A stretch of DNA of 63,735 bases, counting the filler, from Phoronis australis (taxonomy: Eukaryota; Animalia; Phoronida): NCBI GenBank assembly GCA_002633005.1. It is 4 parts of 4 records of this genome, joined end to end, with 100 filler letters (N's around TTAATTAATTAA, not from the genome) between each part and the next. Parts side by side here need not be neighbours in the genome. Positions count along the whole stretch, not along the records: positions 1 to 28,333 come from NMRA01000328.1; 3 more parts are not named here. The stretch is one strand, 5' to 3'. The position numbers and the translations under genes were made by a program. Below the pieces are notes generated by a model. The model saw only the letters and a program-made list of their open reading frames with translations. It searched no databases and was not told the origin of the DNA. Shown here piece by piece: positions 1-12,283 of this stretch. Positions within the stretch are counted from its first letter, which is position 1, and the number at the start of each line of letters is the position of its first letter.

Positions 1-2714
1 GAACTTAGGATGAAGACTACAAAACCGAAGAGTCAAACACAACGTACATCCAAGCCACACGATGCCACCTGTATCGATGTTATCAGTTAAACATCAACTA
101 AATTCCCACCCGTTTTTTCAGCACACCAGTTTACACAACTTCTGGCCAATTTTTAGATCCCAGACGTTTATGAGTGGGAATCTTTGAATCGTTAAGTGTT
201 GCTACACTCTCCTCCAGTCTCTCCACATGGGCAAGCCCATCATCATTCTTTGACTTCATTGGCTATTTTTTTTCCTTTTGCTGTCACAATTCTAGAAGAA
301 GATTCTACACTCGCTCTCATCTGCTGCAACAATTTGTTTACCCCTGTCTGACAGGCCACATGAAACAACTGCTGGGCGAGTCTTCAGTTTAGAACCCCTT
401 GTTCTCAGTGTTTTCTTCTAAAAGTAGATGTCTGTATTTCAAAACCCTGGTAGGGTGTACCTTCACGTCATGGGTAACATGTTTGTTGAAGCTCGCCTCA
501 CAATAACAGTGAACTTGTTTCCTGAAATGAAAACAAATTAGTTTGTGAAACTAAAATTATGCTTGATGTACATGCAGTGCTCATGGCAATTAATGGAAAT
601 ATGTTATGCTGTTCAGTTTTGATACGAAAGTAACACAGTAATGACGCAAAATGTGATTAATTCATTGCATCACACTTATTTTGTAACCTTTTTCACGTTT
701 TAAAGTTCATTACTATTCGACACACCCCGATGCGTTCGCGATCGCATAAACAAACAAACACAAATTTGAGTTCCCGATCGCTTATCGTTTCGTTCTCGAT
801 GGCATCTTTCAACAGAAAAGCGTTGAAAAATCAGAGATACTGACAAAACTACAAAAAACTAGCGTTGCATTATATTTTCACACGCCATTTCTTCATAACC
901 CCATTGTCAATTTATTGATTTAGTGCCAAAAATAACGGTAATTTGCCAAAATGACATACAAATCAACTTCGGCTCATGCTGATGCCTCGGTCAACGTAAC
1001 TCTTCTCCTATAATTGGATAAGATACTAGCCTAAACCTCTACTTGCCCTTCCTCAGTGTGTTACGCCTTGAACTCATGTCTCTGTTTTCACATTGGAAGT
1101 GAAAACAACGAAAATTCATTAAATTCACTCACCTTGCCTGGCTTCGCTTCTCGCGCCAAATTTCGTTCTCGATCGCCTACCGGTCGTTCTCGATCGCGGG
1201 TTGGCCGGGGTGAAACGAGCCCTGTGTAAAATATTAACATCGATACAATGAACATACATATTTCGAAGGTCCCTAATGTATGTTGTAATGGGTTTCTACC
1301 GTGGATCTAGAAATCTGCCGTACAACTTGATTGTCTGGGGAACGCATGGCATTTCCAGAAATTAACGAAACATACAGAATTTTATTTTTATCACAATCAT
1401 TTAGAGTTTTTGTGAAACAAGAACATGCACTCATTAACTGTCTTATTATGTGACTGCTGTATTTATCATTGAACTAATCAATTTAAAGCTGCCATAAACC
1501 CGCATTATATAAAATAAATTTCGATTTGGATTCAACGTACATTAGAAATGATTTCAAACACCGACAGTCGATCAGTTCTTATCAAGTCCAGAAACCTGTT
1601 CTAATTGAAGCAATTTGATGCCTGTTTTACCACTGGAAATATATAGTGTACATCAAGTCATGTTCTGTTGACTGTGTCTCGCTACTTCCCTACTTTTGGA
1701 TCAGTTGCAAAGTTCACAAGGTAGCAGCAAATCACCCAGATTTTGTTCAGTTCATGTGTAGACATAGAATTTGGGAAAACCTGGTTTTTATATTTTGTAG
1801 TTTTGATGCTTTTAATAACTCACTCAATGATGTAAACATATTCTGAGTGTTTTAAATGCAGTTCATGAGGTTTTGCATCGTGGTAATTGAGTGTCTTGGT
1901 ATCTTGTAGCGTTTCGCTCACTTGTGTTCGTCAACAACGTCTTGTCCAGGGGTTCTATTTGTCACAGCATATAGTGATAAATTAGCTAATAAACAAGAAA
2001 AAATAGTCAGGCACCAAGGAATATATATATATATATATATTTTTATTATCTCAAACTTTGGTGACAATATCATAATCTACATCTATGAACGAACAGGCCA
2101 ACAGGCATTCATGAGTCAACGCTGGACAGCTGGACTGGTACAGACATTACCCATAATGCACTCGAATTGTGAAATTTAAGTATGTTCAATAACACTATGA
2201 CCTCGCTAAAATCTAGCCAAAATCACGTGTTATTTAATATAATCGCAATATCTCATTTGCTATTTAGCGAGGTCCTACTGAACTCTAACCGGGTATTGAA
2301 TTAGTGAGTTAGTGAGTACCCATACTACTTGAGTCAGTTGTCACTCATTACTGGGGCCATTTTAGGTGGTGGTGCACAACGAAAAATAAAAATTAAAATT
2401 CATATTAAATTCAAGTTTGCACATATTTGGAGTTTCGTTGAATGAGCATTATTTAGGCTTAAGTTTACGTGTACCCCTATTTCTTAAAGAAAAACCATTA
2501 ACAATATTGACACTTACTGTGTAAAATCCCAAACACGGTTTTTGAGCAATTTTATTAAAGTTTGTTTTAATACAGAAAATTTGGTGAGTGCTGGTGTAAG
2601 GAGTTTCTGCATATCAACGTGTTTTTCAAAAAACGACAATTTTGTCTAAAACACGTGGTCACATTAACATGAGAAGGGTACGGTGTTTTGAATGACAGGA
2701 ATAGAATTATCTTG

Positions 2715-3890
2715 GCGTGCCAACTGAATCTGAGATAGCGTGAAAAGGGTGCTTCTACGAGAGGAAATAAGCATGATCTTATAGAAAGGCAACGTTTGTG
2801 TCAGGTTAATCATTGTTTGTTGTGATGTGTTACGATATTTGACGTAGGACAAGGGATCTTTTCGTACATAAGCAGTGTTATTACTGTTTGGAATGATTTC
2901 TAACAGGTTTATCGGTGGCAGTTACATCAATCAATGCTGAATGGTTATGTTGTCAGCTCGCTATTGGTTAGTGAGGTAAGACTACAATCCAACCCAAAGG
3001 GTACGTGACAAATATCCATTGGACTATTTGATTAATTCTTTTCCAAATGTTGTCCGGAAATCTATTACACGTTAACATAGAAATATGTTTTCACCCGAAC
3101 TTTGGCTTTTAGATTTGAGGGCTAGTGTCATGCAGATGAGATATGCATCGCTTCTGCAACCGTCCCTCAATGGACAAAAATTAGTTTTGACTGCAGCCAA
3201 CCAGCAAAATCTCCTTATCCAGTGCAGATGTGTTGTCAAAGCCTACTTTCTATATCGGAGATAAAGAACAAAGCCTTTGAAAACGGACAGCTATTTTCAA
3301 AGAAAGGTATGTAAAGTATTTGATCAATTTACTCATTCAGGTCCTTAGCGAGAGGTTGGCATAGGGGATTGGGGTTGTAAAATTTGGTGCAACTGAATGT
3401 GTGGAAATAACAAGTAATAGTGTCCGAGAGGAAGAGTATGGTAAGGTAATTTTTAACCTTCATAAAGTTCTTTCAAGTTTTATGAAACTGTTTTGCTATC
3501 CATTGTAAACCCATAAATATATATTACATTTTCTGAATTCTCAAAGACTGAACAGTCTTAACTCATGCCTTGAAAGGTTGCAAGTTGTTTATAAATTCAT
3601 ATGACTGCCATTTTTTATGACAATTTCATTTTTGCTACGAACGTACGAGTGAGGTCGTATTTGAACATATTGTTCTTACTGCCAATACGCAATCAATGGT
3701 GTCTTAAGAATTCTTAAACAACAGAAAGACGTACTTAATTATTCATGTTTCAATATTTTTTCCAGGTTCAGTGACACTTTTAAGGCCACTTCAAGGCTCA
3801 ACATGATAGACAAGCTTTGTTACTCCTTTCTCTTCCCACAGCACGTCGTCCTCACACCAGCAGTGCTGCATGGCACAATATGCAAGCCAG
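2715..3890 (+). mobile_element. Partial copy A of a non-autonomous ISL2EU-like DNA transposon family (5' part of the SAP...YqaJ gene)
   Basis: Matches 44615-44700 and 47462-47830 directly and 14400-17780 in reverse complement. 2720-2787 translates as QLNLR*REKGASTRGNKHDLIE (SAP-domain-like). Confidence 0.65.
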
Positions 3891-4056
3891 TGAAAACAGA
3901 AAAAGGAACGCCAGCATCGAAAGCACTGCATTAAATGTGATTTCTAAGAAGATGACGCAAACTACAGTGGATTTTAGAATATTACCCCAGTCCGTGAGGC
4001 AGATCGCAGTACCTGTGAAAGTGATCCTGAAATCCTGAGGTTTCAAAAGGCACGAA

Positions 4057-4695
4057 GTGATCAATACTTTGAGAAAGCAACCGATAGAACCTGCCCTAAA
4101 CGAGATTAAGCACTTCTATAATTCCAAACTAAAGGAGAAGGACGACCAGATTAATGACCTCAAAGTGCAAGTGAGTGACCTTCAAAACAGTGTGGACAGT
4201 CTCGAGCAATATTCTCGTGGACTCGGAAATAACATAGTAATCCACGGAATCAACGAGCTAGAAAATGAATGCAAAGGGGACACACATCAAGCTGTTATTG
4301 ATTTCGGCAAGATGCTTAATATCGACATTAGTTACGAAGACATATGTCGATCTCATAGACTAGGACCCAAGAAACCCAATCAGTGAAGGCCAATCATATG
4401 CAAATTCATTGCTTACAACACCCGTGCGATGTTTCTCCACCATAAAAGTGAACTCAGATCCCAAGACAGACCACTGTATATTAACGAAAATTTGACCAAA
4501 AGGAGATCCAGTCTATTTGCTCGATGTCGGCGCCTCGTGAAGTCACACACAATAAACAGAACCTGGACCCATGATGGAAACATTTTGATTCAACTGAAAG
4601 ATAACAAGATCAAGCAAAAATCTTCCGAGACAGACTTACTTGTGCTCGAAAGCTGTGAACTGTATCCTGTACTCCGCATCAATTGGCAGGTATGA
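4057..4695 (+). pseudogene. LINE ORF1 (coiled coil plus RRM-like/CTD), split by a TGA at 4384
   Basis: LEQYSR..NNIVIHGINE, ICRSHRLGP, RPIICKF, YINENLTKRRSSLF and RTWTHDGNI are typical CR1/L2-group ORF1 motifs. Confidence 0.8.
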
Positions 4696-6189
4696 TTTGT
4701 AGAATGCAACACGTATTATTCAATGTAAAATACAGGGTATTCCCTTAGTCAACTCTCGCCATGTTAGTTTACTCTGATCTGGCGCAGCCCCAGTCTTTTT
4801 CACTCCGAGTCTACTCCTACAGGCCACCCATTAATAAACAAATTCTCGTCTTTAACCCACTCATCCGTTTACAGGTGCAGTGTTTATAATGAAAGGGTTA
4901 CATAACTAAGTGACTATTACTTTGCATGCACACTACTGATTTCTGACTCCTAATTTACCCCAAATCCAAGTTTATAGAAACTGCTTCATTGTGGTTACCA
5001 AAAGGCCACTGCATAATCTCTTGATACAAGTAACATAAATTTAGAGCCTAGTAGAAGTGTCAACGTACCGACGTATGCTTACATGTAGTTCTGTGAAAAA
5101 AACCTGTGACTCAATAAACATTATGCGCTCAAACAAAGCCAAAATGAGCTCTTGCCGATAAATTTTTATTTTGATATTGGCATGACAACTTTTGACCCAC
5201 GGACAAACTCGGTGCAGAAAAAGTACAATTTCTTTTGAATTTTGATTTTGCAAGTGATAAAGTACTTTAAATGCACTTCTTGGTAAATTACCTACAGCCT
5301 ACACACATGGCTTCCTAATAAGAATGAGACAACAAGGAGTGAAATCAGAAAATCTTTTATCTTAGTAATGCATATTTTTAAGGAATCACGTCTCACTTGT
5401 GTCATGATTATGAAACTACACTGAACTTGACAACTGCAGCTGTATCATTCAAATACATGCACGTGTATATTTTTGTTACCTCAAATGATTCATTTTCATC
5501 TACAGATCTCGGCATACTATCAAGTGTGAGTCAGCTCATGAGTTAAATTTGCTTTTTAAGTTGTTTCAATTTTAATCACCATTGACGTTCAAGCTAAATC
5601 CGCCCAAACGAGTATCGTATTGACTCAGAGCTCCATTTGACTCGGGCGGCGTCACGTGTAATAAGACAATGTAATTGGCAATATCTTTTCATCCCAAAGC
5701 ACAGTATTCATGTTCTACATATGTACAATTTGTCTACCCCGTTGACTCTCATCTACTTGTATTAATCTCACATCCGTAGTACGCCCATCCACTTCACTTT
5801 TTAATGTTACTAATCTATCCTTCAGTTTTCTATTTGCAAGATTTAGCCTAACCTAACGTAATTAAATTAGTCACTGGTGGGAATACTAATGCCTACCCTA
5901 GTGTTCATTGCTTTTGACCTTACTTCATTACTTTTAGTCTATTCACACACGTGTATATATTTCTTTTTCTCTTGTTAGATAAGAATGTTAAGTATGAACT
6001 GCATGAATTTACCAGTTTTTAACTACAGGCATAATAATTACAATTGTCCGGGTGTCTGGAAAACAAAAATACCTCACTGCTTTTCGCCTATTAAGCTTCA
6101 CCTCACTTTTCTACTACGAAAACGACCCCGAACTGTGCACTTACGTAATGCTTACCGCACAATGAACTCGTGTTGTGATATCAGAGTCA

Positions 6190-6242
6190 TAATTGAGCAA
6201 AGCCTTTTGATTGCTGGTGACATAGAAGTCAATCCAGGACCA
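6190..6242 (+). other. 2A-like (StopGo) ribosomal-skipping peptide at the N-terminus of ORF2
   Basis: IIEQSLLIAGDIEVNPGP matches the D(V/I)ExNPGP consensus and lies directly upstream of the APE domain. Confidence 0.8.
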
Positions 6243-7050
6243 GGCACTCAGGGTTTAACCAGCTTCAAGGTCTTATTCACTAACATCAACAGTATCAAGG
6301 CGAACAATCTTTCAAGATTTGAACTTCTCAAGCAATTTATTACAGAAAACAATTACATGGGCATTGCCATGTGTGAATCCGGAACTCTGTCCGAAGACAA
6401 CCTCGGTGCACTTATTATTCCAGAATACAACATTGCCTACCATACTAACGCTGGAAGGGGTTGATTTTGTTTGTCCACAACTCCGTAAATTACAAAACAA
6501 TTGATAATAAAATTATACAATCAATGAATAACTGTTGGATTGAACTTTATGTCAACCACAAGGAGGTATATTATGTTTTTTCTATCGCTCACCCTCCCAG
6601 ACGTCCGACGATAGGAAAGCATATTTCAAGACCTTTTCAGAACAATTGCAAGAACTTTCACAAACTAATAAAACAATTGTTATCAACGGGGACTTCAACG
6701 CAAGAAATAGTACTTGTTACTCAGAAAACAATGACAACCAAGCCGGTCTCGAATTATTCGATTGTCTCCTCTCAAATGACTGTATAAAACTAATAAAAGA
6801 GCCGACACGTTTAACAAGGTATGCACATTCTTGCCTTGATTTATGTATTACAAACAATCTCGGATTAATTGAATCCACTTCTGTAAGGCCTCCCATTGGT
6901 AACTCAGACCACCACGCTATAGAAACAACATTCACACTCAACTGCGCACCTCAAGAACCGGACATTATGAAAAATATATGAAATTACAGCCTCATTAACA
7001 TGGACAAACTGCGCTCTGACATAACCAGATTTAACTGGACTGAAATACCA
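6243..7050 (+). pseudogene. APE-type endonuclease domain of LINE ORF2, frameshifted
   Basis: FTNINSI, IAMCES, GRG, INGDFNAR, EPTR, SCLDLCIT and SDH motifs spread over three frames. Confidence 0.85.
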
Positions 7051-7059
7051 TATCTTAAA

Positions 7060-7199
7060 TGTCAATTGTCATAAAGTGTTTCATTTTACTTTATTTCTGT
7101 TTCTGTTGACAAAGGACGTTATTACATCCGAAAATTTCAGTTGATCCATTCTTGTTGTTTTATTTACCTATTTATATTCTACATTGTTTGCTTGTAATG
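7060..7199. repeat. About 135-bp dispersed repeat, second copy at 11070-11201
   Basis: GTCAATTGTCATA...GCTTGTAATG is near-identical at both sites. Confidence 0.85.
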
Positions 7200-8997
7200 C
7201 GAGAATGTTAAAGGCATAAAAGTAGGCTCTTTAGAGTATAAATTAATGCAATATGCAGACGACAAGGTCGTCTTTCTAGATGGTTCAGAGACCTCTTTAA
7301 AATCTTCACTTAACCTTCTTGATCAGTTTGCTAAGTATTCTGGTTTGACACCCAATATCGATAAAACTGTTTGTATATGGATTGGCTCTAAGATATGTTG
7401 TGGTGATAGGCTTTGTTGTGAAAAAGATTTAAAATGGGAAAGTTCCCAGTTCACATCTCTTGGAATTACCTTCTCTGTCAACTTACAGGACATGATTCAC
7501 TTAAACTACGATGTAAAATTAAATGAGGTTAGAAAAGGCATTGGAAATTGTTCAAAAAGAAATTTGTCTACCTTTGGTAAGATAACGGTTGTCAAATCTT
7601 TCTTATTACCAAAACGGATTCACCTCTTTTACACACTTCCTCTTCCAAGTGCTACATTTTTTATGGTCATTGAAAAACTATTCTTTAATTTTATATGGGG
7701 TACCTCTTCTGATAGAATCTCTAGAAAAACCATGGTGCAGAAATCTGAAGTTGGAGGTGGAAACATGGTTCATATTGCGTCATTTGTCAAAGCTATTAAA
7801 CTGGCTTGGATTCGAATATTCTTGAAAAATTATTATAACAATACTTCTCTTTGGCTAAATATTTTATATGACTCTTTTCAGTTAGGTTCTTGTTTTTTTC
7901 CTTGAAGTATCTAACCGTACTAAGAATATTTTTGGAAGGATATTTTTTATATCTTATACGAATTTATCAATCTTTGTGAGATAGAGGATTCTTTATACCA
8001 ACCTTTGTGGTATAACCCCAAAATTTGTATAGACTGTAATCCAATTTTTTGGAACGAGTGGTTTCAAAAGGGTATACGGTACGTATACGATTTAATTGAC
8101 CCTGATAAGGGATATATTTATGATTATCATACCTTTTGTAAACGTTTTCAATTTTGTCCTTGTATTACTCATTTTTATGGAATTTGAAGATAAAAACTTC
8201 GTTCTTGGAATCATCTAAGAGACAAGAGTACTATAGTCCCTCCACTTTTTCCAGAACATATTTTTCGAATCTCCTCGGAAAATATAGGGACTGGGAAAAT
8301 CTATGAAGTATTTATTTCTAAATTATATGTAAAACCTGTCGCAGAATTGAAGTGGGAGAGAGAAATTAACTTATGCGATGAAACTCAATCTTGGAAAAAA
8401 ATTCATTCTGTAATTTATCATTGTACTTCTGATGTCAGACTCAGATGGTTTCAATTCCGTATCAACCACAGAATTATTGGTACAAACTCTTATTTAAAGA
8501 AAATAGGTGTTAGTGAATCGTCTTTATGTTCTTTCTGTGAGCAACATGAAGAAACAATTCTACATTTGTATTGGGAATGTTCACTTGTTCAGAAGTTTTG
8601 GGGATGTTTAAGAACATAGATGATAAATCAGTGCAATTTCCCTCTACAGTTAAATATGTCTTCCGCCTTGTTCGGAGATCCAGCCTGTAGATTAGAAGTT
8701 GTAAATTTAATTCTTTGCTTAGCGAAATTCCATTGATATAGACAAAGATTACAAGAGACTAAGCCCAATTTTCAGTCATTTTTATGTGAGGTGTGTGATT
8801 ACTACAACCTGGAAAAAATTATTTACAATGATAAATTGGATCTTGAGAGATTCCAGGCAAGGTGGTCTTTTTTGCCTAACTAGCTTTTATAGGGTCCGAT
8901 AATGTTCGTAATTTGTTTGATGTACACCAAAGTAGATGTCATATTGTCGCACAACTATGTACTGGTTGGTTGAGTTAATAAATGTCTCTGAAAAAAA
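7200..8997 (+). mobile_element. 5'-truncated L1/Tx1-clade LINE (RT C-terminus plus zf-RVT), decayed
   Basis: QYADD, KITVVKSFLLPK, GGG, LWYNPKI and WFQFRINHRIIGTN...CSFCEQHEETILHLYWEC motifs; AATAAA at 8977 and A7 tail at 8991-8997. Confidence 0.85.
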
Positions 8998-10639
8998 GGA
9001 CATTAACTTGTATTAACAACTGGAATTCCTTACCATTCAAAATAAAAGAAAGCACTTCAATCGTCACTCACAAAAATAACTTTAAAATGCATACCACTAC
9101 TCAAGACTTGCCAGTCCCATTGACATCATTTCAACTTCCCTTCGCAGCCATGAAATAACCCTATACATATCAAGATGCGGTCTATTCCTAAACAACGAGA
9201 AATTTAGACATAATTTTAATAATATTTCGCTTCCCAGTTCCTGTGGAGACACACGGACATATCCTCATGTTTTCTTTGCTTGTGAGGTATGCAAGGAGCA
9301 GAGGGTACAGCTTTTCCAGACACTCGAACAATACCCCAATGTTTACAAAAAAATTCTGAAATTCCGGAACTGTACAACAATTTTCTTTTTCTATATGGAT
9401 GTCAAAAACTCAACCCAAATGAAAATAAGGTTTTATTCGAAATAGTATCAGAATTTCTTTATAACATTAAATCTCTATGTGTGAGTGGATAGAATTGTAT
9501 AAATGTGTATGAAAATGAATTACTTACATTCGTTATTATACATCATTGTAATCTTAACATCAGTTTTTTTAATTTATGTATTCGTGTATAATAATTGTAT
9601 ATAGACTTCTTTGTATTTTTAACCAGATCTAATGCCTCTTGGCGTTTTCTGGGTTATGTATATTCATTGTATTCTGAAGATTTCCTAATAAACATTTTAA
9701 AAAAATATAACCAAATTTGATTCATCCGTGTACTGTCTTTGAGGGGCCGGCTTCAATAAGCCTTGAACCAATTATCTAGCCATGGTGCGTAACTAGGCGG
9801 TACACTCGGGACTAGTTGTTAATGTACAGTCATGTACAGATTTCATTCAGGACACACATATCATTCCAATGAAAACTAAGATTTATACCTACATATACCA
9901 GTTGCTTGTCCCAGACCCCAGTATAACCACCACAGTGTGGTTAACAGGTGGAAGAGTCCTGTGTTTAACTTCATAGTTCAGGTTCATCTACCTTTGACTC
10001 CAACATACATGTTGCATCTACTTGAAGAAATCTCTTGCATGAAGTATATGCTGCATCAAAGCCACGCCTTGCTTAACACAAGTAGGAAGCACTGCGGTCA
10101 TGTGAGATAAGTGTTCGCTTCCGCAACTAAAGATTGTGGGCTTAAATCACGCTAGGAAATACGTCTTGAGTTTGAATCACGCTAGGAAATACTCCTAGAC
10201 CTTTGAGTCAGGTCTCCATAATCAGTGTTCTCCACGACCTGTTTTGACTCGTCGCGGCAACGAGATTAAATTTTGCCGCGTCGAATTTAGGGAATGCGCG
10301 TCGAGTTTAAAAAATGTCGCGCCAAGTTAAAACTTTGGCTGACTTGGCACTTTTGCCTTCAGCATCAAAGCTGAGGGTGATTTGGCCAACATCAACCATA
10401 GTTCCTAAAGCTATGAGGCAGTTAACAATATATATATATATGACCCAATTTTTGTAATAATAGAGTGTAAATTATTGCTAAGAAAAGCTGAAGAAATTCT
10501 TTTTATAACATAATTTGATGGTGTCAGCTAACTTACTTTAACGATTGACTAGCCAGCAATATTATTTTAACTTTAAAATTTTGCACTTAAACCTGTAACT
10601 AGCACGACTGTTATTAGCACTGTACTGCTCAAGACAAAC

Positions 10640-11068
10640 CATACATCGCCACTATCGCTAAAATGGTTCCAGATCCAAATGGTTTTGGTGGGACAGAAGT
10701 TTAGTCCTTTAGAAAGTAGGCTAACCTCACTATCAGTTAAGTTATGGTTAGATAAATTAACTACGTTGTTTGTTTCGCAGGTTATAGTTTTCCTATTCAT
10801 ATCCATGTTTAAACGGAATTAGCCACGTCTTCAGAAAACATCTTTCCACGCTGCATATTTCCCCTCAAGTGAAAAACCTATTTCCTCATCCACCTATAAT
10901 TTCTTGGAGAAAATGTAAAAATCTAAAAAATTATTTGGTTAAAGCTAATATCGACAATATACACCAAACTGACAAACCTATTGGCAACACACAATGTAAC
11001 AAAAATAGGTGTAAAATGTGTAACTTTATCAACGATAGCACTTTTTTCCAGTCTTCCCAAACCAATGA
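10640..11068. mobile_element. Penelope-like element fragments in opposite orientations
   Basis: Minus 10640-10806: VVNLSNHNLTDSEVSLLSKGLNFCPT (PLE N-terminal motif). Plus 10815-11068: FRKHLSTL...LFPHPPIISWRKCKNLKNYLVKA...CNKNRCKMC (RT-to-GIY-YIG linker). Confidence 0.75.
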
Positions 11069-11764
11069 NGTCAATTGTCATATAGTGTTTCATTTTACTT
11101 TATTTCTGTTTCTGTTGACGTTATTACATCCGAAAATTTCAGTTGATCCATTCTTGTTGTTTTATTTACCTATTTATATTCTACATTGTTTGCTTGTAAT
11201 GTTTGAGGAGGAAAGGCTGGTCTATCATCTTTCCACGGCCACCTTTTGACTTTTTGTAACTGGGCAATTCCACTGACATTCGTAACTACGTTTACTACTG
11301 TGGTGTGATTCTATCGGATGGTGAACAATTTGTTGTTTGTATCATAGGAGTAGCCGTGTGTCCCACGAAGAGATTTTTGCGGGTATTAAAGGACCATCTC
11401 TGACACGGTTTGAGTGTATGTTACCTGTACGTGCAATGTCCTGTCTTGACAGCTCATCAACGAAGCCCTGTAAAGTAAAAGTGTTTTGGCTGTAGTTCTG
11501 AGACGAGGTCCAGAACTACTCTATCTACTACTCCACATTCTGAACGCTGGCCTTGCCACCCCGTTGTTGTCGTTTCTTTCCTTGGTTTGTTTTAAATTTT
11601 ACCTCGTAGTGAGGTGCCCAAATTGTGTAGCAAACAAAAACACAAAGTGCTAGGTCACAAATTTAATATTGACAGCTAAACAGCACCGAAATGCTTTTTT
11701 ACTTAAATGCATCACCCAATTTTGCAGCAGTCATATGATGGACTTGTTTTACTGACGACTTGAA

Positions 11765-12005
11765 AGCAGGAGGTGGTTTAAGGTTAAACCTGACTTAAAC
11801 TGGACTTAGACCAGGTTTAAAGATAATCTGCATTTCATAAAGGTGGTTTAACTTTTAAACCAGTGGTCTAGTAAAACCTGGTTTAACTCCGGTTTAGACC
11901 TGGTCTAAGTCGGTTTTCATTTCACCAACGAGGTCTATATTCTTTAGACCTGTATAAAATGTTAAACCAGATTTAACTTTAGACTTGGTGAGACCCAGGT
12001 TTAAC
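11765..12005. repeat. MITE relic rich in GGTTTAA/AAACC/AGACC(T)GG motifs; related to 28755-28805
   Basis: Many direct and inverted copies of GGTTTAA and AGACCTGG. CATTTCATAAAGGTGGTTTAAC is also found inverted near 28783-28805. Confidence 0.5.
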
Positions 12006-12135
12006 TGTTAAGTATGACAGACTTGCATGATATAGGTGCAACTAAATGATGCCGCGGCGTGCATTTACGACGTAGTTTTAGACCGAAACTGGACTATTTT
12101 CAATATTCAGTTTTACGACACAAGATCAAACGTAG

Positions 12136-12283
12136 CAGGGGCGGATCCACGACTTTTTAAGGGGGGGGAGTTGGTCAAGGACTTTTAAAAAGGGGGAGCA
12201 AGTCAACAATTTGAAAATTAAAGATTTGATATCACTAAAATCAAGGGAAAAGGAGGGTCCGGACCCCCTTGGATCCGCCTATG
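12136..12283. mobile_element. About 150-bp MITE
   Basis: Terminal inverted repeats GGCGGATCCA / TGGATCCGCC around G-tracts. Confidence 0.6.

Larger units (their letters stand above)
3890..9705 (+). mobile_element. Degenerate CR1-group non-LTR retrotransposon (ORF1, APE endonuclease and 3' end present; RT core missing)
   Basis: ORF1 motifs at 4057-4695, APE motifs at 6243-6981, CR1-like C-terminal remnants (NNWNSLP, HVFFAC) at about 9015-9285, AATAAA plus A-tract at 9688-9705. Confidence 0.75.

Noticed and set aside
2021-2041. (AT)n tract
   Set aside because: Ordinary short microsatellite.
3890-8997. One complete autonomous LINE (ORF1, APE, RT, zinc finger)
   Set aside because: The RT/zf part is L1/Tx1-type with its own poly(A), whereas ORF1 and APE are CR1-type. 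All frames are disrupted.
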